A stretch of 52,300 nt of DNA from Terrimicrobiaceae bacterium (GTDB taxonomy: Bacteria > Verrucomicrobiota > Verrucomicrobiia > Chthoniobacterales > Terrimicrobiaceae). Shown piece by piece: positions 38,904 through 48,656 of the stretch. The DNA is taken from assembly GCA_041752695.1 (NCBI GenBank), contig JBGSVZ010000029.1:1-52300 (forward strand), in the 5' to 3' direction. The first letter of the stretch is position 1; every line of letters starts with the position of its first letter. The position numbers and the translations under genes were made by a program. The notes beneath the pieces were generated by a model. That model did not search any database and was not told where the DNA came from. It saw only the letters and a list, made by a program, of their open reading frames with translations.

Positions 38904-40130
38904 TTAGTCGCTGGGGGCGGCCGTTTGCAGCATTCGCGGCGCAAACAAATTTGTAAATACCGGCCCAAGGATGGAAGTGAAGAGTACCATTAAAAGTACA
39001 CCGTTGAGCATGCGGCCGTCGAGCAAGGGCTGGCCAGCGGCATTGAAGGTCCGGAAGGCCACAAGGGTGGCGGCGAGAGTGGCCGCGACTTGCGGCAGGG
39101 TGAGCGACCACATCGTCGCGCGCGCAGCCATGGTATATCCGAAGGCGCGCCCGCACCACTCTGCTGCGATCCATTTTCCGGCCAGCAGCGCTGCGACGAT
39201 CCCGAGCGCGAGGAAGGAATCTTGCATGAGGCTGCGCCCCAGCGCAATCGGGTCGATCAGAAAACCGGTGACGATGAAGAAGGCGGGGACGAAAAGGGTG
39301 TTGCCCATGAATTCCAACTTGATTCTGGCCGGCTTGTCTTTCACCGCGGCATTCACCGCCAGACCGGCTAGGAACGTGCCCACGATGCCCGGCAGGTTAA
39401 TGAGCTGGGCCAGCAAGGCCGTTACCGCCAGAGCACTGAGCATCAAGAGAAAGCACGTCTCTTCATCGTTCTCCACCTTCCCTAAGAGCCATGCCCCTCC
39501 CCGTCCCAGCCCGACCAAAACAACGGGGACAAAGACCACGATTTCGATCACCTGGATGGCGAACCCCGAAACGGAAAATCCGCTGGCGAACACGGGTACG
39601 CAAATGGCGAACACTAGCAGCGAGAGTGTATCAGACACCATCGTCGCGCCAACCGTGACGACGACGGGCTCTTGGTCCATCGCCCCCAATTTCCGGATGA
39701 TGGGCAGGCCGAGAAGCGTGTGTGAAGCGAGCAGCGAACCCACCACGATGGCCGGAATCAGGCCATAACCCAGACAAGACGCGACCATTGTGCCCAGCAG
39801 CAAGGGAAGCAACGTTGTGATCAGGCCAAAGACGAGCGAGCGGGAAATTTTTTGCCGAAACAGGGTCAGGTTGATTTCCAACCCGGCGAAGAACATTAGC
39901 AACAGCATTCCCAACTCGGAAAAGAAGTCGGCCACCGGGTGCTGGCGGGGAAAAACATCGAGCAGATGAGGCCCGATCACCACGCCACTGAGCAGCAATC
40001 CGACCGCTTCGGGAAGGCCGACGCGGCGCGAAAGCCTCGGCATGATGACCACCAACGCCATGAAAACGGCAAACTTCGCCATGATCGGAAGCAAGGCGAC
40101 GAAGTCTCGAACCGATTCCTGGAAGGTCAC
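38904..40130 (-). CDS. Cation:proton antiporter (CPA2)
   Basis: Many TM segments; 'LLMFFAGLE', 'LLASHTL', 'GTFLAGLA', 'PQVAATLA'. Confidence 0.88.
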   Translation of the reverse strand: MTFQESVRDFVALLPIMAKFAVFMALVVIMPRLSRRVGLPEAVGLLLSGVVIGPHLLDVFPRQHPVADFFSELGMLLLMFFAGLEINLTLFRQKISRSLVFGLITTLLPLLLGTMVASCLGYGLIPAIVVGSLLASHTLLGLPIIRKLGAMDQEPVVVTVGATMVSDTLSLLVFAICVPVFASGFSVSGFAIQVIEIVVFVPVVLVGLGRGGAWLLGKVENDEETCFLLMLSALAVTALLAQLINLPGIVGTFLAGLAVNAAVKDKPARIKLEFMGNTLFVPAFFIVTGFLIDPIALGRSLMQDSFLALGIVAALLAGKWIAAEWCGRAFGYTMAARATMWSLTLPQVAATLAATLVAFRTFNAAGQPLLDGRMLNGVLLMVLFTSILGPVFTNLFAPRMLQTAAPSD

Positions 40131-40219
40131 GGGTGTTTGCCGGTTTGTACAGCTCGCTGGCAGTAGGAGCCAGCGAGCGCGATCACCAGCAGAGTAAGGG
40201 CGCTGCGGATGATATTCAT
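40127..40219 (-). CDS. Possible 30-aa small hydrophobic peptide or truncated exported-protein remnant
   Basis: MNIIRSALTLLVIALAGSYCQRAVQTGKHP*; stop overlaps the antiporter start (GTGA). Confidence 0.35.
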   Translation of the reverse strand: MNIIRSALTLLVIALAGSYCQRAVQTGKHP

Positions 40220-40301
40220 TTCTGTTCGCTGGCGAAGTTGCGGGCCGCCTCGTGGGAAACGGCCCGCGCGTTCACAATGGAAGGATCAACTCGTTCTGTG
40301 C

Positions 40302-42017
40302 CTACTGGCTCGGATGGCTCTCGCTCATCTTCCTCACCTGTTCGAGCACCTGTTCGAGGTTGTAGCTCGCCGCTACCTGGAGCGGCGGGTAATCGATATA
40401 CGACATGAGTTCCTTCTCCCAAAGGAGCTGGCCGATGGGCAGGAGGTTCCAGTCATAGATATACGCTGTGCTCGGCGAGGCAAGCGCACCCCCTACCGAG
40501 AATGCGCCTTTCTGGACTTCCCCGACGTTGTTCTCGAACGGATCGCGCTTGATGTTTTGGAGCTGGGTCCAGTGGTAGGTCATGGGTGCATTGAGAGCAT
40601 CGGTGCCCAGGGAACCCATCATGGTGTAGTAGAACTTCCAGTTCTTGTAGCGCACGGCCGAAGGGAGGCGGCCCTGGTAGTAGAAGAAGGTGTCGCGGGC
40701 CGATGCTTCCGACTTCCCGGTGAGGTAGTCTAGCTGGTTGGTGCCGTCGAGCTTGGTCTTCACAATGCCCTCGTATTTGCCTGCCATGATCTGCTTGTTC
40801 AGTTCATTGCCCTTGGGCCCGCCGGCGATCTCCACGAAGGTGGGAAGCCAGTCGAGCGAGGCGAACATTTCCTTGAAGATGGTGCCCGGTTTGATGACCC
40901 CCGGCCAGCGAATGACGCACGGCGCGCGCAGGCCGCCTTCCCAGGTACTGAGCTTCCCGGCTTTGAACGGGGTGATACCACCATCCGGGAAGGTCTGAAC
41001 CTCGGCGCCGTTGTCGGTGGTGAAGACGACGATCGTGTTGTCGAGTTCGCCCATGTCCTCGAGCTTTTTGAGGACCACGCCGATGTTGTCGTCCATCTGC
41101 TTCATGCCGGCTTCGTTGGCGCCCCAGTCTTTGCCGCCTACAGTGCCGATCATGTCTTCATACTTTTTCGGCAGCACAGTCGTGACATGCATGCGGGCCG
41201 GGTTGTACCAGCAGAAGAACGGCTTTTTCGTCTTCTCAGGATCATTGCGATCGAGCCAGTCCACGACACGCGAGGAGATTTCCTCGTCCACCGTCTTGGA
41301 GCGTTCGAGGGTGAGAGGACCCTCGTCCTTGCCCATCTGATTCTTGGCCGTGCCGTCCGGGGACTTCATCCAAAGAACCGGCCGTGGAGCCGCCATGCAG
41401 ACGCCGTCCTTGGGATCGATCTCACCCGGACGCGGCGGAATGCCGGGAATCGGGATCATTTTCATGGGCGGCACGACAGCCTGCTTGTCCGGGCTGCTGT
41501 TGATATCCGGGAAGCTGACCTGCTGCATGGCGTCCAGGTGATAGAGGTAGCCCCAGAACTCCTGGAAGCCGTGCGCGGTCGGAAGCGAGTCGGGGTGATC
41601 GCCGAGGTGGTTCTTGCCAAACTCGCCCGTGCTATAGCCCAGATCATAAAGGAACTTGGCGAGACACGGGGTGCCCGGCTGCAAATACGAAATCGCACCA
41701 GGCAATTGCGGCAGTACCATTCCCGCGCGGAAGGGGTGCATGCCGGTGATGAAGGCAGTGCGTCCGGCGGTGCAGCTCGATTCGGCGTAATACGTCATGA
41801 ACAGGCCGCCTTCCTTCGCGAGTCGGTCAATATTTGGCGTTTCCCCAACCATCAACCCGCGATGATAACAGCTCGGCTGCATCCAGCCGATGTCGTCTCC
41901 CATTATAAAGAGGATGTTGGGCTTTTTGGTCTGCGCCTCCGCCGGAAGGGCGAGGCACAACAATGCCGCCGACGCGGCGAGCACGGACAAGCCATCCCTG
42001 GCTAAGTTGCGTTTCAT
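40302..42017 (-). CDS. Arylsulfatase, Cys-type (CTAGR)
   Basis: 'KPNILFIMGDDIG', 'SCTAGRTAFITG', 'FGKNHLGD', 'TDNG'; signal peptide. Confidence 0.93.
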   Translation of the reverse strand: MKRNLARDGLSVLAASAALLCLALPAEAQTKKPNILFIMGDDIGWMQPSCYHRGLMVGETPNIDRLAKEGGLFMTYYAESSCTAGRTAFITGMHPFRAGMVLPQLPGAISYLQPGTPCLAKFLYDLGYSTGEFGKNHLGDHPDSLPTAHGFQEFWGYLYHLDAMQQVSFPDINSSPDKQAVVPPMKMIPIPGIPPRPGEIDPKDGVCMAAPRPVLWMKSPDGTAKNQMGKDEGPLTLERSKTVDEEISSRVVDWLDRNDPEKTKKPFFCWYNPARMHVTTVLPKKYEDMIGTVGGKDWGANEAGMKQMDDNIGVVLKKLEDMGELDNTIVVFTTDNGAEVQTFPDGGITPFKAGKLSTWEGGLRAPCVIRWPGVIKPGTIFKEMFASLDWLPTFVEIAGGPKGNELNKQIMAGKYEGIVKTKLDGTNQLDYLTGKSEASARDTFFYYQGRLPSAVRYKNWKFYYTMMGSLGTDALNAPMTYHWTQLQNIKRDPFENNVGEVQKGAFSVGGALASPSTAYIYDWNLLPIGQLLWEKELMSYIDYPPLQVAASYNLEQVLEQVRKMSESHPSQ

Positions 42018-42089
42018 GGTTTTGTTTTTGGTTTTGTTTTTGGTTTGCACTGCGACCGAAAAGTTTTCGTTGGTGATGGAGGATCAATT

Positions 42090-43649
42090 CTAGTTGCTGT
42101 TTTTCGTCAGCGTCTCCAGCACGCTATCCAGCGAGAAGCTGCCGGCTTTCTGGCTGGGCGGAAATTCCTTAAACGTCGCCAGAAACTCGGCGACGTATTG
42201 TTGGGCGGGAATCAGGAGGAAGGCGCGGTCGATGCGCCATTTGCCGTAGTTGATACTCTCATGATCGGCGATCTCGAAGGGATCGGAGCGCAGATTGAAT
42301 AACTTCGGAAAACGAAGCGGCACAAAAGGATCCTGCCAGACGTCGAGACCCTGGGCGCGTTGTTCGCTGAAGACCAGCTTCCATTGGTTGAAGCGCAGTG
42401 CGACGAACGATCCGTCGTCGTTGAAGTAGAAGAACTCCTTGCGCGGGCTCGGGGATTTTCCGGCCAGCGTGTCGGTGAGATCGTAGCCATCGAGGTGCAC
42501 TTTGAAGGTTTTGGCGTTTACCTTCATGCCCTTGAGCAGTTGTTCCTTCACGTCCGGCACGCCGGCGGCGGCGAGCAAGGTGGGAAGCATGTCTTCGTGC
42601 GAGCAAATGTCGTTGATCACCGTCCCCGGTTCGATGGTGCCCGGCCAGCGGATGACACAGGGCACCCGATAGGCTCCTTCCCAATTGCTGGCTTTTTCAT
42701 TGCGGAACGGCGACGTGCCGCCGTCCGGCCAGGAGAATTTCTCCGCGCCATTGTCGGTGGAATACATGACGATCGTGTTCTCATCGAGTCCGAGTTCCTT
42801 GAGTTTGGCGAGGATCTGACCGACGTGACCGTCGTGCTCGACCATGCCATCGGGATAAATGCCGAGCCCCGTCTTGCCGTCGCTCTCCGCCTTGAGATGC
42901 GTCCAGATGTGCATGCGGGTGGCGTTCCACCAAATGAAGAACGGTTTATCGGCTTTTTTGGCATCCTCCATGAAGCGCAAGGTTTCCTTGGTGAATTCCT
43001 CGTCGCAGGTTTCCATGCGTTTTTTGGTGAGCGGGCCTGTGCTGACGATTTTCTGCGTTCCGTCGGGCAGAGCCCATGTGCGCAGAACTCCGCGTGTGTT
43101 GAACTTTTTGATCATGGCCGGATCTTTGAAATAGTCGGGGTTCTCCGGTTCTTCCTCGGCGTTCAAATGGTAGAGGGAACCAAGGAACTCGCTGAATCCA
43201 TGGGCGGTGGGCAGATGTTCGTCGCGGTCGCCGAGATGGTTCTTACCGAATTGGCCGGTCAGATAACCCTGCGCTTTGAGCAACTCGGCGATCGTCACGT
43301 CGCGCGCCTGCAAACCCTCTTTTGCGCCAGGCAATCCGACCTTCAACAAGCCGGTCCGGAAGGGAGACTGTCCTGTGATGAATGCGGAACGGCCGGCGGT
43401 GCAACTTTGCTGGCCATACCAGTCGGTGAACATTGCGCCTTCTTTGGCGATGCGATCAATGTTCGGTGTTTTGTAACCCATCTGTCCGTGATTGTAGGCG
43501 GAGACGTTCCACCAACCGATATCGTCACCCCAGAGAATGAGAATGTTGGGCTTCTTTTTGTCGGCAGCGCTTGCCGAGGCGGCCGTACCGAAAAGCGCCA
43601 CCACCGAAAAAATGAGGGGCAGGGCGTGAACGAAGAATTTTGGTTTCAT
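42090..43649 (-). CDS. Arylsulfatase, Cys-type (CTAGR)
   Basis: 'KPNILILWGDDIG', 'SCTAGRSAFITG', 'FGKNHLGD', 'STDNG'; signal peptide. Confidence 0.93.
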   Translation of the reverse strand: MKPKFFVHALPLIFSVVALFGTAASASAADKKKPNILILWGDDIGWWNVSAYNHGQMGYKTPNIDRIAKEGAMFTDWYGQQSCTAGRSAFITGQSPFRTGLLKVGLPGAKEGLQARDVTIAELLKAQGYLTGQFGKNHLGDRDEHLPTAHGFSEFLGSLYHLNAEEEPENPDYFKDPAMIKKFNTRGVLRTWALPDGTQKIVSTGPLTKKRMETCDEEFTKETLRFMEDAKKADKPFFIWWNATRMHIWTHLKAESDGKTGLGIYPDGMVEHDGHVGQILAKLKELGLDENTIVMYSTDNGAEKFSWPDGGTSPFRNEKASNWEGAYRVPCVIRWPGTIEPGTVINDICSHEDMLPTLLAAAGVPDVKEQLLKGMKVNAKTFKVHLDGYDLTDTLAGKSPSPRKEFFYFNDDGSFVALRFNQWKLVFSEQRAQGLDVWQDPFVPLRFPKLFNLRSDPFEIADHESINYGKWRIDRAFLLIPAQQYVAEFLATFKEFPPSQKAGSFSLDSVLETLTKNSN

Positions 43650-43842
43650 TTTGTTCAATTGCTGGTTCAAGGGGACCTGATCCCTATGTCAGGGAATTCC
43701 CTGATCGTCGAGCGACGTTTCCAAAATTGTTGGTGGGGGACGGCCGACACGTGCCTGACCTGCCGCTCCGCATCTCTCCCCGATGATCCGATGAAAATTG
43801 CAGAGGACGCAGGGGCGAAGGTCGCATACGTTCTGCCTCACT

Positions 43843-44763
43843 GTGAACCAAGGTCTCCTGATCCACAACCCGAAGGCGGGGCAGCAAAGCGCCGAGTTGC
43901 TTGAGCTTCTCCTTCGGAATCTGCCCGACGCCGAACCGATCGCCATCAATGAACTCGGTGACGTTACCGAGCGGGCCAAGGGCCGCCCGTGGGTCGCTGT
44001 GGCGGGAGGTGACGGCACGGCCGAAAGCATCGCGGCCGCCCTGATCGGTCAAAATGTCCCTCTCGCGATCATTCCCACCGGCACGTTCAACAATCTCGCC
44101 CGGAGCCTCGATATTCCCAGCGATCCGGCCGAGGCCTGCGCGCTCATCACCCATGGCAAACCCCGTCCCATCGACGTCGGCTTTGCCAATGGCAAGCCCT
44201 TCTTTGAGACCCTCGGATCCGGCCTCGACGCCGCACTGTACCCGATCGGCGAGGAGATCAAAGCGGGCCAACTGCATCGCTGGGTGGATTTTTTCAAGCG
44301 GGCCTCGCGCTATTCCCGCAAACGTTTCACCCTCACCCTCGACCGCCCGGTCTGTCAGGCGCTCGTCCGCGGCACGACCAACGAAAGCCACCACCTGGTG
44401 CACCTGCTCAAGCGAAAAAAAAGCCACGAGATCACCCTCGGCGCCCTCATGCTCACGGTCTCCAATGGCCCGTATTTCGGGATGAATTTTCACGTGGCCC
44501 CGGAGCAACGTATGGACGATGGCCTGCTCACCGTCACCGTCTTCAGCCGCTACAGCAAACTTCAGCTCTGGTGGCATTTTCTTTCCATTGCGTATGGCCG
44601 TCGCGAATACCACCCGAAAGCCATCGCCTTTCGCGTCAGCAAACTCCAGGTCACCGCGCCCCGCCCCCTGCCCGTTCATCTCGACGGCACGCCGCAAAAA
44701 GGATTGTGGCCGCTCGAGATCGAGTGCCAAAAAGGAGCGCTCTCCATTTTCCGAAAATCATGA
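43843..44763 (+). CDS. Diacylglycerol/lipid kinase family protein (YegS/BmrU-like)
   Basis: 'NPKAG', 'GGDGT', 'IPTGTFNNLARSL', 'VSNGPYFG', 'HLDG'. Confidence 0.88.
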   Translation: MNQGLLIHNPKAGQQSAELLELLLRNLPDAEPIAINELGDVTERAKGRPWVAVAGGDGTAESIAAALIGQNVPLAIIPTGTFNNLARSLDIPSDPAEACALITHGKPRPIDVGFANGKPFFETLGSGLDAALYPIGEEIKAGQLHRWVDFFKRASRYSRKRFTLTLDRPVCQALVRGTTNESHHLVHLLKRKKSHEITLGALMLTVSNGPYFGMNFHVAPEQRMDDGLLTVTVFSRYSKLQLWWHFLSIAYGRREYHPKAIAFRVSKLQVTAPRPLPVHLDGTPQKGLWPLEIECQKGALSIFRKS

Positions 44764-45086
44764 ACGGCGAAATTTTCAAAAACCTCCCTGATGCCGCCGA
44801 GGCCGAGCAGTGCGAAACCCTCTGCCGCGCCCGAGGATTTCGGGTGGAACGCATCGTTTCGTCCGGTCAGGGGTCCCCGGAGGGATTTTGGTACGATCAG
44901 GACCAGGACGAATGGGTCATGATGCTGCGCGGCGGCGCCACCCTTCAGCTGCTTGATCCCGACGAAACGGTGTACGTCGCCCCCGGAGACTGGATCTTTC
45001 TCGCCGCTCACCGGAAGCATCGCGTCGAGTCCACCTCGCGCGAACCCGCCGCCATCTGGCTGGCTGTCTACGGGGAAAAACTCTAA
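44760..45086 (+). CDS. Cupin domain protein
   Basis: 'RVERIVSSGQGSPEGFWYDQDQDEWV...HRKHRVE.T....WLAV'; ATGA overlap with the upstream stop. Confidence 0.85.
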   Translation: MNGEIFKNLPDAAEAEQCETLCRARGFRVERIVSSGQGSPEGFWYDQDQDEWVMMLRGGATLQLLDPDETVYVAPGDWIFLAAHRKHRVESTSREPAAIWLAVYGEKL

Positions 45087-45205
45087 GGTGTCGCCACGGC
45101 CGAAACTCGGACGTTAAAATCCGCTCAGTCATACCTTCTCCCCCTTCCACTCTGGACGCTGCCCTCCAGCAGCAACTCCGGCCGCGGCAGGCGCGGGCGG
45201 AATTA

Positions 45206-46435
45206 GTGAGCTCCGCCATTTTTTGCGGCACCGTCTTTGTGATTTTCGGAATGGTTTCGATCCTCGGCTACACCCAGCGACTGGATTCTTTCCATCTCAT
45301 TCAGGCCACCTTCCTCACCTGCATGGTCCTCCTGGCGGGGTTGGCGCTGATTGCCCGGAAAGGCTGGTGGCATCCCGTCCTGCCTTTCGCGAACACCGGC
45401 CTGCAAATCACGTTGCTCACCACCATCCTCGTCCTGGCGGCGCGGGATCGCGGCGCGGAGTTTGCTCTCACCACCGTACTTCCCCTCTTGTTTTGTCTGG
45501 CCATCGCGCTCACGGCCTTTCGCCTGGATCCGTGGCTCAGCGTCTTCGCCGGCGGCCTGTCCGCCCTGGGATTTGCCCTCGCTTACCTTATGGTGATGCG
45601 TCCCGTCATCACTCCGCTCATCCTGGAAACCAACCCGCTCATCGGCTGGCCATCCGTCACCGCTCGCATCCTGGTGTTTCTCGCCACCGGCGGGGCCTGT
45701 GCGGTGGCGGCGAATTCCTTGCGCTCGCAGATGAAAAAAACCGCCGAGGACACCACACGCATCCATTTGCTCGAACGCACTTTCGGCCGCCTCGTGGCCC
45801 CGGAAGTGGCCCGCCAGATCTTAGAGAATGAAGACTGGATGCGCCCGGCCCGCCGCGACGCGGTCGTGATGTTTGCCGACCTCAAGGGCTTCACCAATTA
45901 CTCGGAGGGCAGATCCCCCGAGGATGTGGCGAACTATCTCAACCGTTGTTGGAGCGTCGCCGCCGACATCGTGGAACGTCACGGCGGCGTGATCAACAAA
46001 TACATGGGCGATGGATTTCTCGCCATCTTCGGCGTGCCCCTCGAACTGGCCGATGCGGAAAAAGCCGCCGCGGAAACCGCCCAGGAACTCCAGCGCGAGC
46101 TCTCCCCGATCCTCGATGAGGAAAACCTCTCGCTTTGCCTCGGCGTTCACTCCGGTCCCATGATCGTCGGCGGCATCGGCTCGGAAGCTCGCTGCGAGTT
46201 CACCGTCATCGGCTCCACCGTCAACCTCGCCTCCCGGCTGGAAGGGCTCAACCGCAGTCTGGAAAGCCGTTGCCTGACCAGCGATTCCGTCGCGGCAAAA
46301 ATCTCCGGCGACTGGCACATGACCGACCGGGGCGGTCAGCGCGTCAAAGGCGTGGCCGGGGAAGTGAATGTCTTTGAACTCCACGGTCGGAAGGACGAAA
46401 CGCATCGAGACGGGCTAACACCCGGGAACGGGTGA
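45206..46435 (+). CDS. Membrane-bound class III adenylate/guanylate cyclase
   Basis: About 6 TM helices; 'VMFADLKGFT', 'KYMGDG', 'TVIGSTVNLASRLE', 'VKG'; true start may lie upstream. Confidence 0.9.
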   Translation: MSSAIFCGTVFVIFGMVSILGYTQRLDSFHLIQATFLTCMVLLAGLALIARKGWWHPVLPFANTGLQITLLTTILVLAARDRGAEFALTTVLPLLFCLAIALTAFRLDPWLSVFAGGLSALGFALAYLMVMRPVITPLILETNPLIGWPSVTARILVFLATGGACAVAANSLRSQMKKTAEDTTRIHLLERTFGRLVAPEVARQILENEDWMRPARRDAVVMFADLKGFTNYSEGRSPEDVANYLNRCWSVAADIVERHGGVINKYMGDGFLAIFGVPLELADAEKAAAETAQELQRELSPILDEENLSLCLGVHSGPMIVGGIGSEARCEFTVIGSTVNLASRLEGLNRSLESRCLTSDSVAAKISGDWHMTDRGGQRVKGVAGEVNVFELHGRKDETHRDGLTPGNG

Positions 46436-46500
46436 GGATCTTTCGCCCCGCATGCAAATGCGCTTGCACCCGGGGAGGCTCGCCCTTGTAATCCCCGCCC

Positions 46501-47868
46501 ATGCAAACATTGGACGCGTGTATCGCTTGGGCGGCGGGAATTGTCTGGGGACCCTGGCTCGTTTGGCCGCTTTTTGGCATTCACCTATTCCTCACCGTCC
46601 GAACCGGGTTCATCCAACGGCACCTGGGTCTGGCGATTAAACTTTCCGTCACGCCCGACAAGGATGGACAGGGAGACGTCAGCCAATTCGGAGCCCTGGT
46701 TACAGCTCTCGCCGCGACCATTGGAACCGGCAACATTTACGGCGTGGCGGGGGCGGTGTTGGTGGGCGGGCCCGGTGCTGTCCTTTGGATGTGGCTCACG
46801 GGCGTGTTCGGCATTGCCACCAAATACGGCGAGGCCCTGCTGTCGGTGAAATACCGCATAGTCAATGAGCGCGGACAGATGAGCGGCGGCCCGATGTTTG
46901 TTCTGGAGAACGCCCTGAAAGCCAAGTGGGCTGGCGTCTTGTTCGCGGTCTTCACGGCCATCGCAGCGTTCGGCATCGGCAACATGGTTCAAGCCAATGC
47001 CATCACGGATATGGTCGTCGCCAAGAAGGCCGTTCTCGGACTCACCATGGATGACGCCACCATCAAGTTCACCCTGGGGATCGCCCTGGCCATTTTTACC
47101 GCTCTGGTGATCATCGGCGGCATCAAGTCCATTTCCAAAGTCTGCTCGTTTTTCGTGCCCTTCATGGCTCTGTTCTACGTGGCCGGCTGCCTGATCATTC
47201 TGGCGTTTAGCTGGGAGAAAATTCTTCCCACCATCGGCCTCATCGTGCAAAGCGCCTTTACCGGACACGCCGCGGTGGGGGGCTTTGTCGGGGCGGGCAT
47301 CGCCCAGGCGATGCGCTATGGCATCGCGCGCGGTTTGTTCTCTAATGAATCCGGCCTCGGCAGTGCGCCCATTGTCGCCGCTGCCGCAAAAACCCGGGAT
47401 CCCGTGCGGCAGGCCCTGGTTTCCAGCACCGGAACGTTTTGGGACACCGTGGTCATCTGCGCCCTCACCGGTCTTGTGATCGTCAGCTCGGGAGATTGGA
47501 CCACCGAGGGCATGACCAAGGCCACTCTCTGCGACGCGGCTTTCGAGCACATTGGCATCCTGGGCGACATCATCCTCATCGGCGGTCTTCTCACCTTTGT
47601 GTTTTCCACCATCCTCGGCTGGTCTTATTACGGCGAAAAGGCGGTCGAATACCTTTTCGGCATCAAGGCCATCCTCCCTTACCGCTGGCTTTGGGTTGCC
47701 GCCGTTTTCATCGGTTCCATTTGGAAAAGCGCTGCCGTCTGGGATTTTTCCGACCTCATGAACGGCCTGATGGCCATCCCCAACCTTGTCTCACTGGTGC
47801 TTTTGAGCGGAGTGATTGCCGCGGAGACCAAGCGGTACTTTGCCGATCCCGCCAACCGCAAGGCCTGA
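46501..47868 (+). CDS. Sodium:alanine/glycine symporter (AGCS family)
   Basis: 'ALAATIGTGNI', 'GGPGAVLWMW', 'RGLFSNESGLGSAP', 'DTVVIC', 'GWSYYGE'. Confidence 0.93.
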   Translation: MQTLDACIAWAAGIVWGPWLVWPLFGIHLFLTVRTGFIQRHLGLAIKLSVTPDKDGQGDVSQFGALVTALAATIGTGNIYGVAGAVLVGGPGAVLWMWLTGVFGIATKYGEALLSVKYRIVNERGQMSGGPMFVLENALKAKWAGVLFAVFTAIAAFGIGNMVQANAITDMVVAKKAVLGLTMDDATIKFTLGIALAIFTALVIIGGIKSISKVCSFFVPFMALFYVAGCLIILAFSWEKILPTIGLIVQSAFTGHAAVGGFVGAGIAQAMRYGIARGLFSNESGLGSAPIVAAAAKTRDPVRQALVSSTGTFWDTVVICALTGLVIVSSGDWTTEGMTKATLCDAAFEHIGILGDIILIGGLLTFVFSTILGWSYYGEKAVEYLFGIKAILPYRWLWVAAVFIGSIWKSAAVWDFSDLMNGLMAIPNLVSLVLLSGVIAAETKRYFADPANRKA

Positions 47869-47873
47869 CCGTC

Positions 47874-48548
47874 TCAGGCTTCCGCGAGCCGCAGGATGTC
47901 GTCCGCGGCGCAGGCGGCGCCGAATCCGTTATCGATATTAACCACCGTCACGCCGCTGCCGCAGGACGTCAGCATCCCGAGCAGCGCCGCCAGGCCGCCG
48001 AGATTCGCGCCATATCCCACACTGGTCGGCACGGCGATGACCGGACGTTCCACCAGACCCGCGACCACGCTGGGCAGGGCGCCCTCCATCCCCGCCACGA
48101 CAATCAACACGCCGCATTGCCGGATCCGCTCAAGCTCACCCAGCAGGCGATGCAACCCCGCCACGCCGATGTCGGTGATCCGATCCACCCGGCGACCGAA
48201 GGCTTCCAGGGACACCGCCGCCTCCTCCACCACCGGCAGGTCGGCTGTCCCCGCCGATAGGACCCCGATCGTCCACGAGCCCGGCTCCGCCGCAGAGCGC
48301 CCGGAAACAATGCAGCGCGCGCGCTCATGGAAAACAGCTTCGGGCAGCACCGCCGACACGGCCTCAAAATGCGCCGCATCCGCCCGCGTCGCGAGAACGG
48401 CCTGGTTTTTTTCCCGAAGAGCGAGCGCGATGGCCGCCACCTCGCTGGGAAGTTTTCCCGGACAATAAATCACCTCAGGTCTTCCACACCGCCGGTCCCG
48501 GTCCAGGTCCACCCGGGCAAAACCCAAGTCACGCGTGGTTTCGTCCAT
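47874..48548 (-). CDS. larB: Nickel pincer cofactor biosynthesis protein LarB
   Basis: 'PEVIY..GK', 'AGTAD', 'DIGVAGLHR', 'AGMEGALPS', 'PTSVGYG', 'VVNIDNGFGAA'. Confidence 0.92.
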   Translation of the reverse strand: MDETTRDLGFARVDLDRDRRCGRPEVIYCPGKLPSEVAAIALALREKNQAVLATRADAAHFEAVSAVLPEAVFHERARCIVSGRSAAEPGSWTIGVLSAGTADLPVVEEAAVSLEAFGRRVDRITDIGVAGLHRLLGELERIRQCGVLIVVAGMEGALPSVVAGLVERPVIAVPTSVGYGANLGGLAALLGMLTSCGSGVTVVNIDNGFGAACAADDILRLAEA

Positions 48549-48570
48549 TCAGATCAGGAAGGAATTTTTT

Positions 48571-48650
48571 GCCGCAAAGGAACACAAAGAGCACAAAAGA
48601 GAGAGGCGTTTCGCAGGCATTTTTTTGCGTTCTCTGCGTTCTTTCGCGGC
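48571..48650. repeat. Imperfect inverted repeat with 9-nt periodic arms (REP-like)
   Basis: GCCGCAAAGGAACACAAAGAGCACAAAA ... TTTTGCGTTCTCTGCGTTCTTTCGCGGC. Confidence 0.65.
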
Positions 48651-48656
48651 CAATTC

